A DNA stretch of 64,000 nt from Clostridia bacterium 41_269 (GCA_001508005.1 LGEZ01000009.1:2493-66492); one strand, 5' to 3'. Counted from the first letter of the stretch, positions 40,507 through 51,782 are shown. A program made the numbers and translations. The notes: generated by a model not told the origin, from the sequence alone.

Positions 40507-41535
40507 TTGATTATTGTAATGAGCCGTGAGGCAACTGATGAACATATTGAAAATGTAAAGAGGCGCTTGGAAAAAGAAGGGTTCAGCATCCATCTTTCAA
40601 AGGGTGTTGCCCGTACAGTTATAGGAGCCATAGGCGACAAAACAAGGATTCCTTTACTGGCTTTAGAAGCAATGCCTGGAGTTGAAAAAGTGGTACCAAT
40701 TCTTCAGCCTTATAAGCTTGCGAGCCGTGAATTTAAAGATGAACCCACAATTATTAAAATAAGAAATGTTGAAATTGGAGGAGATACCATTCACGTCATA
40801 GCTGGTCCCTGTGCTGTGGAAAGCAGGGAACAGTTGCTGGAGACAGCACACATGGTTAAGGAAGCAGGAGCTACTCTGCTTCGGGGAGGGGCTTTTAAAC
40901 CCCGTACTTCACCATACAGCTTTCAGGGTTTGGGAGAGGAAGGGTTGAAAATTCTTGCTGAAGCCAGAGAAGAAACAGGTCTTCCCATTGTTACCGAAGT
41001 AATGGATATAGAAAGCCTCCCTGTGGTTTATGAGTACACAGATGTTTTTCAAATTGGGGCTAGAAATATGCAGAACTTCAATCTGCTTAGAAAAGTAGGT
41101 GAAACGGATAAACCGGTGCTTTTAAAAAGGGGACCCAGCGCCACCATTGAAGAATGGCTTTTAGCCGCTGAATATATTATGTCCTCGGGAAATTATCAGG
41201 TTATTTTATGTGAAAGGGGCATTCGTACCTTTGAGCAGTTTACGCGCAATACATTGGATTTAAGCGCAGTGTGCGCGGTAAAAATGCTGTCGCACCTTCC
41301 GGTGATTGTTGATCCCAGCCACGGAACAGGAAAATGGCAGTTGGTGTCTCCCATGTCCAGGGCTGCAGTAGCAGCAGGAGCAGATGGACTTATAATAGAA
41401 GTTCATCCAAATCCCAGCGAAGCTTTATCTGATGGTCCACAATCCTTGACACCAGACAATTTTAGAGATCTTATGAACGAATTGATACAAATTGCCCCTG
41501 TGCTGGGAAGAAAAATGGCGGTGGATCGTGAATGA
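40507..41535 (+). CDS. aroF: DAHP synthase type I-beta with N-terminal regulatory domain
   Basis: [39 protein letters not shown]. Confidence 0.95.
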   Translation: MIIVMSREATDEHIENVKRRLEKEGFSIHLSKGVARTVIGAIGDKTRIPLLALEAMPGVEKVVPILQPYKLASREFKDEPTIIKIRNVEIGGDTIHVIAGPCAVESREQLLETAHMVKEAGATLLRGGAFKPRTSPYSFQGLGEEGLKILAEAREETGLPIVTEVMDIESLPVVYEYTDVFQIGARNMQNFNLLRKVGETDKPVLLKRGPSATIEEWLLAAEYIMSSGNYQVILCERGIRTFEQFTRNTLDLSAVCAVKMLSHLPVIVDPSHGTGKWQLVSPMSRAAVAAGADGLIIEVHPNPSEALSDGPQSLTPDNFRDLMNELIQIAPVLGRKMAVDRE

Positions 41536-42380
41536 AGGCTGCTTATTTGGGCCCATGGGGGACTTTTTCGGAGGAAGCAGCCTGCCGATGGATGGAACGA
41601 ATGAAACTTTCTGGAGAGTTGATTCCCTGTACCTTTATTCCTGAAGTTTTTATCATGGTAGAAAAAAAAGAAAGCCGATGTAGGAATTGTTCCCGTGGAG
41701 AATTCCATTGAAGGAACCGTGGGGTTATCTCTGGATTACTTAAAAAATTTTCCCAACCTTTATATTATAGGGGAGGTAGTTTTACCCATCCGGCACTGCA
41801 TTGCTGTTAAAAATATGAAAAACTTTGATTTTACCGAAATAAAATATATATATTCCCATTCCCAAGCTCTGGGGCAGTGCAGGGAGTTTTTAGAAATAAA
41901 TTTTCCGGGGTGCGAATTGAGGCAGACTTCAAGCACAGCTGAAGCTGCCTCAATCGTAGCTTCCGGATTGTCAGGGCAAGCTGCAGCCATCTGTTCTCCC
42001 TTTGCAGCAGAGAAATACGGTCTTACGATTATTGCCTCGGATATACAGGATTATCCTAATAACAAAACCAGATTTTTTGTAGTGGAAAAAAAGCCTTTAA
42101 AATTTTTAAATGACAAAGGACCAGGCAAAACTTCTATGGTTTTTTCCCTTCCTGAAGACAGTCCTGGTTCCCTTTATATGGTGCTGAAATATTTTGCAGA
42201 AGAGAAAATTAACCTGACAAAAATAGAATCAAGGCCGGCAAAAAAAGAGCTGGGGCACTATTTTTCTATTTGGATTGTGAGGGGTATGCTTGGGAAGAGC
42301 CCCTTGCTTCCGTAATAGAAAGGCTTGAGGAAAAAACATTGTTTTTAAAAATTTTAGGCTCATATCCCCGAGCCTGTTAG
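41532..42380 (+). CDS. pheA: prephenate dehydratase (two compensating homopolymer frameshifts)
   Basis: [16 protein letters not shown] from ATG 41532; +1 in A8 41662-41669; ENSIEG, NKTRF, KIESRP; -1 in T5 42261-42265; ends LGSYPRAC*. Confidence 0.88.
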
Positions 42381-42381
42381 G

Positions 42382-43503
42382 GTGAAGACTATGAGCGGTG
42401 AGGGTTCATTCAAAAAAATATGCATTATTGGTGTGGGTCTTATAGGCGGTTCCCTGGGTATGGCTCTGAAGTACCGCAGAGCTGCTGATCACATTGCAGG
42501 ATATGATGTGGATTATAGAGTGCTGAAAAAAGCAGAAGAGCTGGAAGCAGTTGACAGGGGATATTCAGATTTGGCTGAGGCAGTAGGGGGTGCAGATCTA
42601 ATAATTCTAAGCACCCCCCTTAGCGTTTTTGAAGATATAGCCCAGCGCATGCTGCCTTTTGTCAAAGAAGATGCAGTTATAACCGATACGGGCAGCACTA
42701 AAGCCTGCGTGGTGAGAAAGCTGGAAAGAGTTTTTTCAAATAAAGGATATTTTGTGGGAGGCCACCCCATGTCGGGATCAGAAAAAGGAGGAATTGAGTC
42801 TGCAGACAGATATCTTTTTGAGAACGCTGTTTATGTAATTACTCCCACAGAAAACAGCAGCAGACAGGCCGTAGAAAAGGTTGCTCTGCTGGCGGGTTTG
42901 ATTGGATCCCGTCCTGTGTTTTTGAGCCCCGAGGAGCATGATGCTGTAGTTGCAGCGGTAAGCCACGTTCCCCACATTGCGGCAGCAGGGCTTGTCCTTA
43001 CTCTTGGAGAGCTGGAAAAGAGGCATCCCTGTGCGCCTGTTCTTGCTGCAGGAGGCTTTAGAGATACCACTAGGATAGCTGCATCCGATCCTGAGCTGTG
43101 GGAACAAATATGTTTTTCCAATAGGATTAAGGTTATTGAGGTTCTCGAAAACTATATAGATACCCTCAGCCGTATTAAGATATATTTAGAGGAAAATAAT
43201 AGAAACAAATTTAAGAAAGCTCTAGCCCAGGCGAAGGAACAGAGGCTGAGGATCCCTTCAAAAATGAAGGGAATTCTTCCTTCTTTATTTGAGATTGTGG
43301 TGGTTGTTCCTGATAGGCCTGGGGTTATAGGATTTCTGGGTACCCTTTTGGGCAGTAAAGGGATTAATATCATAGATATTGAAATACTGCGTGTACGAGA
43401 GGGAGAAGGGGGAACCATACGTTTGGGTTTTCAAAGCGAAGAAGCCATGGAAAAGGCCGTTGAGGCTTTAAAGGCAGAAAATATTTTGGTGAGAAAACTG
43501 TAA
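42382..43503 (+). CDS. tyrA: prephenate dehydrogenase with C-terminal ACT domain
   Basis: GVGLIGGS, TDTGSTK, GGHPMSGSE, SHVPH, GGFRDTTRIA, PDRPGVI. Confidence 0.93.
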   Translation: MKTMSGEGSFKKICIIGVGLIGGSLGMALKYRRAADHIAGYDVDYRVLKKAEELEAVDRGYSDLAEAVGGADLIILSTPLSVFEDIAQRMLPFVKEDAVITDTGSTKACVVRKLERVFSNKGYFVGGHPMSGSEKGGIESADRYLFENAVYVITPTENSSRQAVEKVALLAGLIGSRPVFLSPEEHDAVVAAVSHVPHIAAAGLVLTLGELEKRHPCAPVLAAGGFRDTTRIAASDPELWEQICFSNRIKVIEVLENYIDTLSRIKIYLEENNRNKFKKALAQAKEQRLRIPSKMKGILPSLFEIVVVVPDRPGVIGFLGTLLGSKGINIIDIEILRVREGEGGTIRLGFQSEEAMEKAVEALKAENILVRKL

Positions 43504-43519
43504 TATGGGGGTGCAGCCC

Positions 43520-44836
43520 TTGGAAATAAAAATTTGCCGGGCCAATTCGTTAAAAGGAGAAGTTGAAGTACCTGGGGATAAGTCCATCTCACACAGAGCA
43601 GTCATGCTTGGTGCCTTAGCTGAAGGAATTACAGAAATCAAAGGTTTTCTTTCTGGTGAAGACTGCCTTTCAACAGTTAAATGTTTTCGTCAGCTGGGAG
43701 TCAAAATTGAAGAACTGGGTAAAAATCACCTTAAAGTATACGGTGTGGGTCTCAATGGTTTTACAGAACCAGAAGATGTTTTGGACGCTGGAAATTCCGG
43801 AACAACCATGAGACTGCTTTTAGGTATTCTTTCTGGTCAGAAATTTTATTCTGTAATAACGGGGGATGCTTCACTGAGGAAACGTCCCATGGACAGAGTA
43901 ATAAAGCCCCTTAAAATGATGGGAGCTCAAATAAGAGCAAGGAATAAAGACTCCCTAGCTCCCGTGTCAATATTGGGACATGATGCTGCTGTTCTTAAGC
44001 CCATTGAATATGAAACACCGGTGGCCAGCGCTCAGGTTAAGTCAGCGCTGCTTTTGGCGGGGCTTTTTTGTGAGGGAACCACAGTGATTTCAGAAAAAGT
44101 AAAAACCAGGGACCATACTGAGCGTATGCTTAAGGCTTTTGGGGCAGACATTGAAATTAAGGATGAAGGAAGGCGCATACTGCTGAAGGGACCATCCCAT
44201 TTGAGGGGCAGGGAGGTTAAGGTACCGGGGGACATTTCTTCGGCATCTTTTTTTATTGTTGCAGGATGTTTGGTGCCGGGGTCAGAAATAATAATATCCA
44301 ATGTAGGGGTAAATTCCACTCGTACGGGAATTCTGGATATTCTCTCTTCTATGGGAGCAGATATAAAGCTATTTAATAAAAGGATCCTTTGTGGGGAGCC
44401 GGTGGCCGATATAGCTGTGAAACACAGCTCTTTAAAGGCTGTTGAAATTGGTGGTGAAATAATTCCCCGAGTTATAGACGAGATACCGGTTTTGGCAGTT
44501 GCTGCATGCAGAGCTTATGGTACCACAGTGATCAGAGATGCTGCAGAGCTGAGGTATAAGGAAACTGACCGTATTGGAATTATTGCTGCTGAACTGAGGA
44601 AAATGGGTGCTCGGATTAAAGAAATGGATGATGGCTTTATAATTGAAGGGCCTGTTAGTTTGAAAGGAGCTTCTTTGAATAGCCACGGTGATCACAGAAT
44701 AGCCATGGCCCTAGCTGTGGCAGGCCTTACTGCAGAAGGTGAAACTATTATTAAAGATGCCCAGTGTGCTGCCATATCATTTCCTAACTTTTATGAAACT
44801 CTTTGGGAATTAATGGAAATATCCGGAGGGAAGTAG
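43520..44836 (+). CDS. aroA: EPSP synthase
   Basis: PGDKSISHR, DAGNSGTT, ASAQVKSA, KETDRI, DHRIAM. Confidence 0.96.
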   Translation: MEIKICRANSLKGEVEVPGDKSISHRAVMLGALAEGITEIKGFLSGEDCLSTVKCFRQLGVKIEELGKNHLKVYGVGLNGFTEPEDVLDAGNSGTTMRLLLGILSGQKFYSVITGDASLRKRPMDRVIKPLKMMGAQIRARNKDSLAPVSILGHDAAVLKPIEYETPVASAQVKSALLLAGLFCEGTTVISEKVKTRDHTERMLKAFGADIEIKDEGRRILLKGPSHLRGREVKVPGDISSASFFIVAGCLVPGSEIIISNVGVNSTRTGILDILSSMGADIKLFNKRILCGEPVADIAVKHSSLKAVEIGGEIIPRVIDEIPVLAVAACRAYGTTVIRDAAELRYKETDRIGIIAAELRKMGARIKEMDDGFIIEGPVSLKGASLNSHGDHRIAMALAVAGLTAEGETIIKDAQCAAISFPNFYETLWELMEISGGK

Positions 44837-45517
44837 ATGAAACCAAATATAGCCATTGACGGCCCTGCTGGTGCGGGAAAAAGCACTGTTGCCAGGAAGC
44901 TGGCTGAAAAACTTGGTTTTCTGTATATTGATACAGGAGCTATGTACAGGGCGCTTACTTACTGTGCCCTGAAAAAAGGTATTGATATTAATAACCCAGA
45001 TGAACTCACAGAACTGGCGGAAAATGTTGAGATATTTCTTACTGCGGATGAGGATGGACAGATGAGAGTTTACTGCTGCGGCGAAGATGTAACTTCATAT
45101 CTTAGAGATCCTAAAGTTTCCCAGTGTGTTTCTAAAGTTGCGGAAGTGCCTGGTGTGCGCCGTAGAATGGTTGAGCTTCAGAGAAAAATGGCATCTGCAG
45201 GAGGAGTAATAATGGACGGGCGGGATATAGGAACGTATGTGCTTCCCGATGCCCAGCTGAAGTTCTTCATTACGGCTGACCTTGAAGAAAGGGCACGTAG
45301 AAGGCTGAAGGATTTAGAAAAACAGGGATATATAGCGGATTTAGAGGAAGTAAAGAAGGAAATAGCGATGCGGGATGCCAAGGACAGCAGCAGGGCAGTG
45401 GCACCTCTTAAAAAAGCCGAAGATGCCGTACTTATAGATACGACGAATTTAACTGTAGACGAGGTACTGCAGCTTATTTTTAAAATCAGCAGGGAGAGAA
45501 TTAAAGATGATGTATAA
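44837..45517 (+). CDS. cmk: cytidylate kinase
   Basis: IAIDGPAGAGKST, DTGAMYR, DGRDIGT. Confidence 0.96.
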   Translation: MKPNIAIDGPAGAGKSTVARKLAEKLGFLYIDTGAMYRALTYCALKKGIDINNPDELTELAENVEIFLTADEDGQMRVYCCGEDVTSYLRDPKVSQCVSKVAEVPGVRRRMVELQRKMASAGGVIMDGRDIGTYVLPDAQLKFFITADLEERARRRLKDLEKQGYIADLEEVKKEIAMRDAKDSSRAVAPLKKAEDAVLIDTTNLTVDEVLQLIFKISRERIKDDV

Positions 45518-46097
45518 ACTGGGGAAAGCTTTTTTTTATTTTCTCTTCACATATATATGCCGTTGGAAAGTAAGGGGAGCTGATAATGTGCCCCAAAAAG
45601 GTCCAGCAGTTATTGTTTCCAATCATCTAAGCCTTTGGGACCCATTAGTTGTGGGGGCTGCAGTTAAGCGTAGGGTTTATTTCATGGCCAAAGCTGAGCT
45701 TTTTAGATATCCATTGGTGGGAATTATTGTTAGATCATGGGGTGCATTTCCTGTAAAGAGGGGGAGGCTGGATCGAGAGGCTCTTAAAAATGCCATGAGG
45801 GTACTTCAAAGGGGAGATGTTTTGGGAATTTTTCCTGAAGGCAGAAGAAGTGTCACAGGGAAGCTGCAGGAGTTTAAGCCCGGAGCTGTTTCTTTAGCGG
45901 TGAAGTATGGTGCTCCTATTGTTCCCGTTGGTCTAATAGGAACAAAAAAAATTTTTTACAGGGGATGGTTTAGAAGTTTTGAGGTAAATATTGGAGAACC
46001 CATACCAACGAAAGAGTTTAAAAATAAAGATGCAGATATTGAGAAGCTTAACAGAATGGTTTGGGAGAAGGTTGCTGAACTGAGCGGTCAAAAATAG
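45507..46097 (+). CDS. plsC: 1-acyl-sn-glycerol-3-phosphate acyltransferase
   Basis: NHLSLWD, FPEGRRS. Confidence 0.9.
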   Translation: MMYKLGKAFFYFLFTYICRWKVRGADNVPQKGPAVIVSNHLSLWDPLVVGAAVKRRVYFMAKAELFRYPLVGIIVRSWGAFPVKRGRLDREALKNAMRVLQRGDVLGIFPEGRRSVTGKLQEFKPGAVSLAVKYGAPIVPVGLIGTKKIFYRGWFRSFEVNIGEPIPTKEFKNKDADIEKLNRMVWEKVAELSGQK

Positions 46098-46213
46098 GTT
46101 TACAGATTTCCTTCCATTTATGAAGTGGATGTTATAAAAAGCCCAAATATTTGCAGGAGTTTCTTACTTTTTGAAGAAAGCTCATATTGTTTTACAAAAA
46201 ACCGCAAACTATC

Positions 46214-46264
46214 AATGAATAAATGAATAGTATAAATGAATAAATGAATAGTATAAATGAATAA
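46214..46264. repeat. 21-bp tandem repeat (2.4 copies)
   Basis: AATGAATAAATGAATAGTATA x2 plus AATGAATAA. Confidence 0.9.
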
Positions 46265-46298
46265 TTTTAGATAAAAATTTCGCGGCCGGTGTTATTGA

Positions 46299-48569
46299 AT
46301 GGAAATTATAATTGCAGATTATGCAGGGTTCTGCTTTGGAGTCAAAAGGGCCATTGAATTAGCTGAAAAGACCTTACAAATCAATAAAAAGCCGGTATAT
46401 TCCCTGGGGCCTCTGATACACAACCCTCAGGTGGTTGAAAAATTCGAAAAAATGGGTCTGAAAAATATAGAGGGAATTGAAGATGTTAGTGAAGGCACCT
46501 TAATTATCAGGTCCCACGGTGCTGTACCAGAAGTTTTTGCAGAAGCTGAGAAAAAAGATTTAAAGTTGGTTGATGCGACCTGCCCTTTTGTAAAAAGAGC
46601 TCAGAGGCTGGTCCAGGATTTAAAGGAAAAAGGATATCAGGTTGTAGTGGTGGGTGATAAAAATCACCCTGAAGTTATTGCCCTTGTGGGATGGGCTGAT
46701 AATAAGGCCATTGTAATAAAAAACGAAGAAGAGGCTTTAAAGCTTCCCCACTATGCCAAAATTGGTGTTGTTGCTCAGACAACTCAGAGGGAAGATAATT
46801 TTTATAATGTTGTTGGGATTTTAAGAAAAAAAGCTGATGATCTTTTGGTTTATAACACCATTTGCCATGCCACACGGGACCGTCAGGAGGCAGCTCGGGA
46901 TTTAGCCCGAAGGGTTGATGTGGTAGTGGTGGTGGGAGGTCGAAACAGTTCCAATACCCGCAAACTGGCTGAAGTGTGTTCAGGAACTGGCACCGTCACT
47001 TATCACATCGAAACAGCCGAGGAATTAAAGTCCCAGTGGTTTATAAATAAAAGGCGGGTTGGGGTAACCGCTGGAGCTTCAACCCCAGATTGGATTATTG
47101 AGGAGGTAGTTTCAAAAATGATGGAATTTAAGGATAATTTAGAAGAAAAAATTGAAGAAATTGAAGAAGAAAAGCAAAAAACTCTGCAGGATCAAAAGGA
47201 AAGCGAGGGGGCCGTCGTGGAACCCGCGCAGACCGAGACCGGGGTTGAGGTTCCAGAGGCCGGCAGCACAGATGGAGGAGGAGAGAATAAACAGGCTGAC
47301 GAAAAAGAAGGCAGTTCAGAAGAAAATAATATGCAGGTTGAAGCCCACTTGGCTGAAAACCTTAAAAATATCAGCCGTGGTGATATAGTAAAAGGAACTG
47401 TTGTTCAGATTAAAGAAAATGAAGTTTTGGTGGATATTGGTGGAAAGTCCGAAGGTATTATTCCTATTCATGAGTTATCTTTGAAAAAGGTGGATGACCC
47501 CAATGAGGTTGTAAATATTGGGGATGAAATAGAGGTTCAGGTTCTTCGAGTTGAAAATGAAGAAGGGAATCCCGTTCTGTCAAAGAAAAGAGCTGACAGA
47601 ATAAGAGCTTGGGAAATGCTGGAAGAAGCTTATAACAACGGAAGCGAAGTGGAAGGGACAGTTATTGAAGTGGTAAAAGGCGGATTATTAGTAGATGTGG
47701 GAATTCGCGGTTTTGTTCCTGCTTCTCTTGTGGAAAAGGGCTATGTTGAAGATTTAACCCAATATGTGGGTAAGACCCTAAGGCTTAAGGTTATTGAACT
47801 TGACAGAAGCAGAAATAAGATTGTTCTTTCTCGTAAAGCAGTTCTTGATGAGGAATTTGAAAGAATGAAGCAGGAAACCTGGAACTCCCTTGAGGAGGGT
47901 CAGGTAAGAAAGGGCATAGTCAGGAGGATTACGGATTTTGGTGCCTTTGTTGATTTAGGCGGCGTTGATGGGCTTCTTCACGTTTCTGAGATTTCGTGGG
48001 GTCGTGTAGACCATCCTTCGGATGTCCTAAAAGAGGGTCAGGAAATTGATGTAAAGGTACTGAGCATTAATAGGGAAGAGGGAAAAATTTCTCTGGGGCT
48101 AAAGCAGCTTCAGCCCAATCCGTGGGATACAGCTGAGGGGAGATATCCTGTGGGCACCATTGTTGAAGGAAAAGTACTTCGCATTGCACCCTTTGGAGCT
48201 TTTGTAGAAGTGGAGCCCGGCATTGAAGGATTGGTGCATATTTCTCAGCTGGCGGAAGAACATGTTGAAAAAACAGAAGATGTTGTTTCTGTTGGAGACA
48301 AAATACCCGTAAAGGTTCTCAGCGTAGATTCAAAAGCTCAGAGAATGAGCTTGAGTCGGCGGCAGGCATTAAGGGATAAGGAAAGAGCTGCTAAAAAGGA
48401 AAAAGAAAGTAGCAAAAAGCAAGAAAGTGCTAAAGAAGAGGCAAAGGGCAGAGAAAAGGAAAATAAAGTTTTAAGTGAGACAGATACGCTGGAAACGGGT
48501 GAGGGTATAAGTAAAATAGGTGAAATTGTGGGGGATATTTTAAAAAAGGAAGACTTTAATAAAAGCTGA
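46299..48569 (+). CDS. ispH-rpsA: bifunctional IspH (HMBPP reductase) / ribosomal protein S1
   Basis: [31 protein letters not shown]; acidic linker; four S1 repeats. Confidence 0.95.
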   Translation: MEIIIADYAGFCFGVKRAIELAEKTLQINKKPVYSLGPLIHNPQVVEKFEKMGLKNIEGIEDVSEGTLIIRSHGAVPEVFAEAEKKDLKLVDATCPFVKRAQRLVQDLKEKGYQVVVVGDKNHPEVIALVGWADNKAIVIKNEEEALKLPHYAKIGVVAQTTQREDNFYNVVGILRKKADDLLVYNTICHATRDRQEAARDLARRVDVVVVVGGRNSSNTRKLAEVCSGTGTVTYHIETAEELKSQWFINKRRVGVTAGASTPDWIIEEVVSKMMEFKDNLEEKIEEIEEEKQKTLQDQKESEGAVVEPAQTETGVEVPEAGSTDGGGENKQADEKEGSSEENNMQVEAHLAENLKNISRGDIVKGTVVQIKENEVLVDIGGKSEGIIPIHELSLKKVDDPNEVVNIGDEIEVQVLRVENEEGNPVLSKKRADRIRAWEMLEEAYNNGSEVEGTVIEVVKGGLLVDVGIRGFVPASLVEKGYVEDLTQYVGKTLRLKVIELDRSRNKIVLSRKAVLDEEFERMKQETWNSLEEGQVRKGIVRRITDFGAFVDLGGVDGLLHVSEISWGRVDHPSDVLKEGQEIDVKVLSINREEGKISLGLKQLQPNPWDTAEGRYPVGTIVEGKVLRIAPFGAFVEVEPGIEGLVHISQLAEEHVEKTEDVVSVGDKIPVKVLSVDSKAQRMSLSRRQALRDKERAAKKEKESSKKQESAKEEAKGREKENKVLSETDTLETGEGISKIGEIVGDILKKEDFNKS

Positions 48570-48600
48570 AATAAGCCTAAAAAGCTTGAGGTGATTACGG

Positions 48601-48628
48601 ACCCTGCGCATTAAGCGCAGGGTTTTTT
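48601..48628 (+). terminator. intrinsic terminator
   Basis: ACCCTGCGC/GCGCAGGGT plus T-tract. Confidence 0.88.
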
Positions 48629-48711
48629 AATGCCTTTTTATGTTGAATAATTGCAATTTTTCAGGGGCAATATAAACTTTGAAAAAAACTGACATCAAGG
48701 AGGAAAAGAAG

Positions 48712-49428
48712 TTGCAGGGTTATCCCATAGGAACCATAGTTCTAGTTATTATTGCAGCTGTCATATATTTAGGGCTTGCTCACAGAACACTGGATAGGCT
48801 TTATTTGACCGATAAAGCAGCGCTGTTGATTATAGCTGCAATGATTTTAGGCAGTTTTATTGATATACCAATAACCTTTGGAGGAATTAATGCATCAGTT
48901 AATGTAGGGGGTGCCGTTATACCCCTTATACTGGTGCTGTATGTTTTATCAAAAGCAGGAACTTCCGGTGAAAGAATTAGAGCTGTTCTTGCGGCAGTTA
49001 TAACTGCAGCTGTAATTTTCAGCATTAATACCTTAATTTTTGGAGATGATCCATGGCACAGGGGAAGGGATTTTGTTGATCCCCTTTATGTTTATCCCCT
49101 TGTTGCCGGTGGAACCGCATATATAGCCGGGAGATCAAGGAGATCAGCATTTATTGCTGCTTTCTTAGGGGTGCTTTTGCTGGATATTATTGACTATCTG
49201 ATAATTGTTTTTTTCAATGTTCCAGGTTCTGTTAACATCGGCGGAGCAGGGGTATTTGATGCTTTAGTGCTTTCGGGAATTGTAGCGGTGGGACTTGCTG
49301 AAATTATTGGGGAAACCCGAGAAAGGATACAGGGAGGTCCAGCAGTTGAAGGAAGAAATGAAAAACTGCTGGAGGGATTGAAAAACAAAAATTATTCTGG
49401 CGATCGGGGTGAAGACGATGAAAAATAA
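48712..49428 (+). CDS. DUF1614 domain membrane protein
   Basis: GLAHRTLDRLYL, NVGGAVIP, GRSRRSAF, IGGAGVFD; TTG 48712 after AAGGAGG; sigmaF/G-like promoter upstream. Confidence 0.8.
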   Translation: MQGYPIGTIVLVIIAAVIYLGLAHRTLDRLYLTDKAALLIIAAMILGSFIDIPITFGGINASVNVGGAVIPLILVLYVLSKAGTSGERIRAVLAAVITAAVIFSINTLIFGDDPWHRGRDFVDPLYVYPLVAGGTAYIAGRSRRSAFIAAFLGVLLLDIIDYLIIVFFNVPGSVNIGGAGVFDALVLSGIVAVGLAEIIGETRERIQGGPAVEGRNEKLLEGLKNKNYSGDRGEDDEK

Positions 49429-50587
49429 TCGTACTTATAGATTGCTTACTGTAATTGTTTTTATTTTTATATTGGGGCTTCTTGTTTTTTGCGAAAAGGG
49501 AGAGTTTAAGACAGCTTTCAGTATAAATTTAACTGGGGAAGTCAATTGGGGTGTTGAATGTAAACCTGGAACCTACTATACCATCTATGATCAAAAGGGA
49601 AACGTAATTGAAAAAACTTCTAGAATGGTAAATGTGGGAGATGAATTCATTGACGAAGATAATAATCGCTACAGTGTGATAAAAGTAAAAGGTTACAAAG
49701 CGGAAGCTGAACTGCTGGGTAGAGAAGAAATAGTTTGGGAAGTCAATGGCCAAGGGGAAACAGACGTTTTGGGTGGAGATTTTCATATACCTGTCCAGCG
49801 GGTTGGAGTAAACAATCTGGTTGCTGTTTATCACACACACAGCGATGAATCTTATATTCCCACTGATGGAACCCAGAGCATTCCAGGTTCCGGGGGAATT
49901 TTTAAAGTGGGAGAAATCTTTGCTGAGAAACTTAGAAGTTTAGGGATGGAGGTAATACATGATAGAAGGAGCCATGAACCCCATGATGCCAATGCATATA
50001 GACGTTCCCGAAGAACGTCTACAAGATTGCTTCAGAAGAATCCTGCGGCTATTATAGATATTCACCGTGATGGAGTTCCAGATCCAGATTTTTATATAGA
50101 TAATGTAGCGGGTCAGGAAGTATCAAAAATAAGATTAGTAATTGGGCGCCAAAATCCCAATATGCAGGCTAATTTTGATTTTGCGAAAAGGCTTAAAGGT
50201 TATCTTGATGAAAAATATCCCGGACTTGTAAAGGGAATTTACCTGGCTAAAGGTAATTACAATCAGGATTTATCTCCACGGTCCATTCTTGTGGAAGCAG
50301 GAACCCATACCATTTCCAGGGAACGGGCACAGCGGGGAATTGCCTTATTTGCTGAAGCCCTTCCTCCAGTGCTGGGGGTGTCTCCATCGCCTACTCCCTT
50401 TAAACAGGAGCCTGCAGGGACCAGGGGAGATCTGGCAGCTGCTCTGTTCGTTATTCTATCCATTATAATTGGATCAGCAATTTATCTGGTTATAAGTACT
50501 GGAAGCATTGAAGGGGCAGTAAGGAAGCTCAAACAGTTTATAACTGTTGAGTGGACAAATTTCTTTGGAAAACGCTGGAGAAAATAA
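49418..50587 (+). CDS. spoIIP: stage II sporulation protein P
   Basis: YHTHSDESY, AYRRSR, IDIHRDG, YNQDLSP, LVEAG. Confidence 0.9.
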   Translation: MKNNRTYRLLTVIVFIFILGLLVFCEKGEFKTAFSINLTGEVNWGVECKPGTYYTIYDQKGNVIEKTSRMVNVGDEFIDEDNNRYSVIKVKGYKAEAELLGREEIVWEVNGQGETDVLGGDFHIPVQRVGVNNLVAVYHTHSDESYIPTDGTQSIPGSGGIFKVGEIFAEKLRSLGMEVIHDRRSHEPHDANAYRRSRRTSTRLLQKNPAAIIDIHRDGVPDPDFYIDNVAGQEVSKIRLVIGRQNPNMQANFDFAKRLKGYLDEKYPGLVKGIYLAKGNYNQDLSPRSILVEAGTHTISRERAQRGIALFAEALPPVLGVSPSPTPFKQEPAGTRGDLAAALFVILSIIIGSAIYLVISTGSIEGAVRKLKQFITVEWTNFFGKRWRK

Positions 50588-50609
50588 AGGGCAGCGTGGG
50601 GGAAATTAA

Positions 50610-51515
50610 ATGGAAAGGTATGGGCTTACCATTGCAGTGGGAATTGTTGTGGGCGTCTTGGCAAGGATCTGCATGCTGAGGTCCGATTACAGGCATTTTC
50701 CTGGCTATCCCCATGGTTATGTAACGCACATATCTTTAGGATTTATTGCTGCATCATTGGGTGCTGTTGCAGTGCCTGCTTTGGTTGAAAAGGAATTTAC
50801 TGCAGTAACCTTTTTGGCCCTTGCAGCCCAGCAGTTTAGGGAAATTAGAAACATGGAAAGGGAAACCCTTACCCAGCTGGAAGAAAACGAACTGGTGCCC
50901 AGGGGAAAAGATCTTATTGAAGGAATAGCTAGGGTTTTTGAATCCCGCAATTATTTGGTTATAGCTTCTTCACTCCAGGCAAGCTTTATAACATATTTTT
51001 TTGATGTAAAATTGGCAGTTGTTTCCTCGGCTGTATTGATCTGGATTTTTATGAGATATCTGGCTACAGGACATGTGGTGGGAGATATTGCAGATGTTGT
51101 TCCGTCAAAACCCTATTTCGGATATGCCGGCTTTAAAACCCTTTTGATGATTGATGAAGTGGTAATTATGGAAGTGGGTTTGGAAGAAGCGCGGAAAAAA
51201 ATTTTAAAGGAAGGTTTAGGAGTGATTATAAAACCGAAAGATGACAATGCTAGAGCTACACTGCATAAAGTGGGACAGAGGCAGGCAATACTGCATACGG
51301 TAGCTTCTTTGGTGGGAACAAAGCGCGAGGTGGGGGAGCTGGAGTGGAGCCCCATTGCCCGTAAAAATATAGATACTGGAGAAATAGCCTTATTCATAGT
51401 TCCTAATGAACCAGATATGGAAGCCCTTATTCAAGCTGTAAAATTAACTCCGGTTTTGGAAAGCGCAAGAACAACTCCTCTGGAGAGCAGACCAGGTAAA
51501 ATGGCAGCAGATTAA
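50610..51515 (+). CDS. YIEGIA family protein
   Basis: DYRHFPGYPHG, LAAQQFREIR, LIEGIARVFESRNY. Confidence 0.88.
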   Translation: MERYGLTIAVGIVVGVLARICMLRSDYRHFPGYPHGYVTHISLGFIAASLGAVAVPALVEKEFTAVTFLALAAQQFREIRNMERETLTQLEENELVPRGKDLIEGIARVFESRNYLVIASSLQASFITYFFDVKLAVVSSAVLIWIFMRYLATGHVVGDIADVVPSKPYFGYAGFKTLLMIDEVVIMEVGLEEARKKILKEGLGVIIKPKDDNARATLHKVGQRQAILHTVASLVGTKREVGELEWSPIARKNIDTGEIALFIVPNEPDMEALIQAVKLTPVLESARTTPLESRPGKMAAD

Positions 51516-51551
51516 AGTAATGAGCCCATATGGCTTTGGAGGTGAGAATAG

Positions 51552-51752
51552 TTGTCTGAGGTTTCATCCATAGGAGATATCCTGGCAGTTATTGTACTTG
51601 AAGAAGCAAAAAGTAAAGTAGCGGGAGGTGCTCCCATTTTTATTGTTTGGGACAGAGAAGAACAGGAAAAACTTGCCCTTCTTTTAAGCAGGATTCTTAA
51701 AGCAATGGCCCACGATCTGGAAAACGGCGTATTTATTCTAACGAGACACTAA
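51552..51752 (+). CDS. small YIEGIA-associated protein
   Basis: ILAVI, VAGGAPIF, AHDLENG. Confidence 0.8.
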   Translation: MSEVSSIGDILAVIVLEEAKSKVAGGAPIFIVWDREEQEKLALLLSRILKAMAHDLENGVFILTRH

Positions 51753-51782
51753 AGGGGAAAAAGAGCAAAAATAAAAGAAAAC

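Noticed and set aside
40280..40510. 76-aa ORF as aroF leader peptide
   Set aside because: No RBS, no clustered Phe/Tyr/Trp codons, and it reads through the terminator
46214..46264. Repeat as mini CRISPR array
   Set aside because: Units are contiguous with no unique spacers
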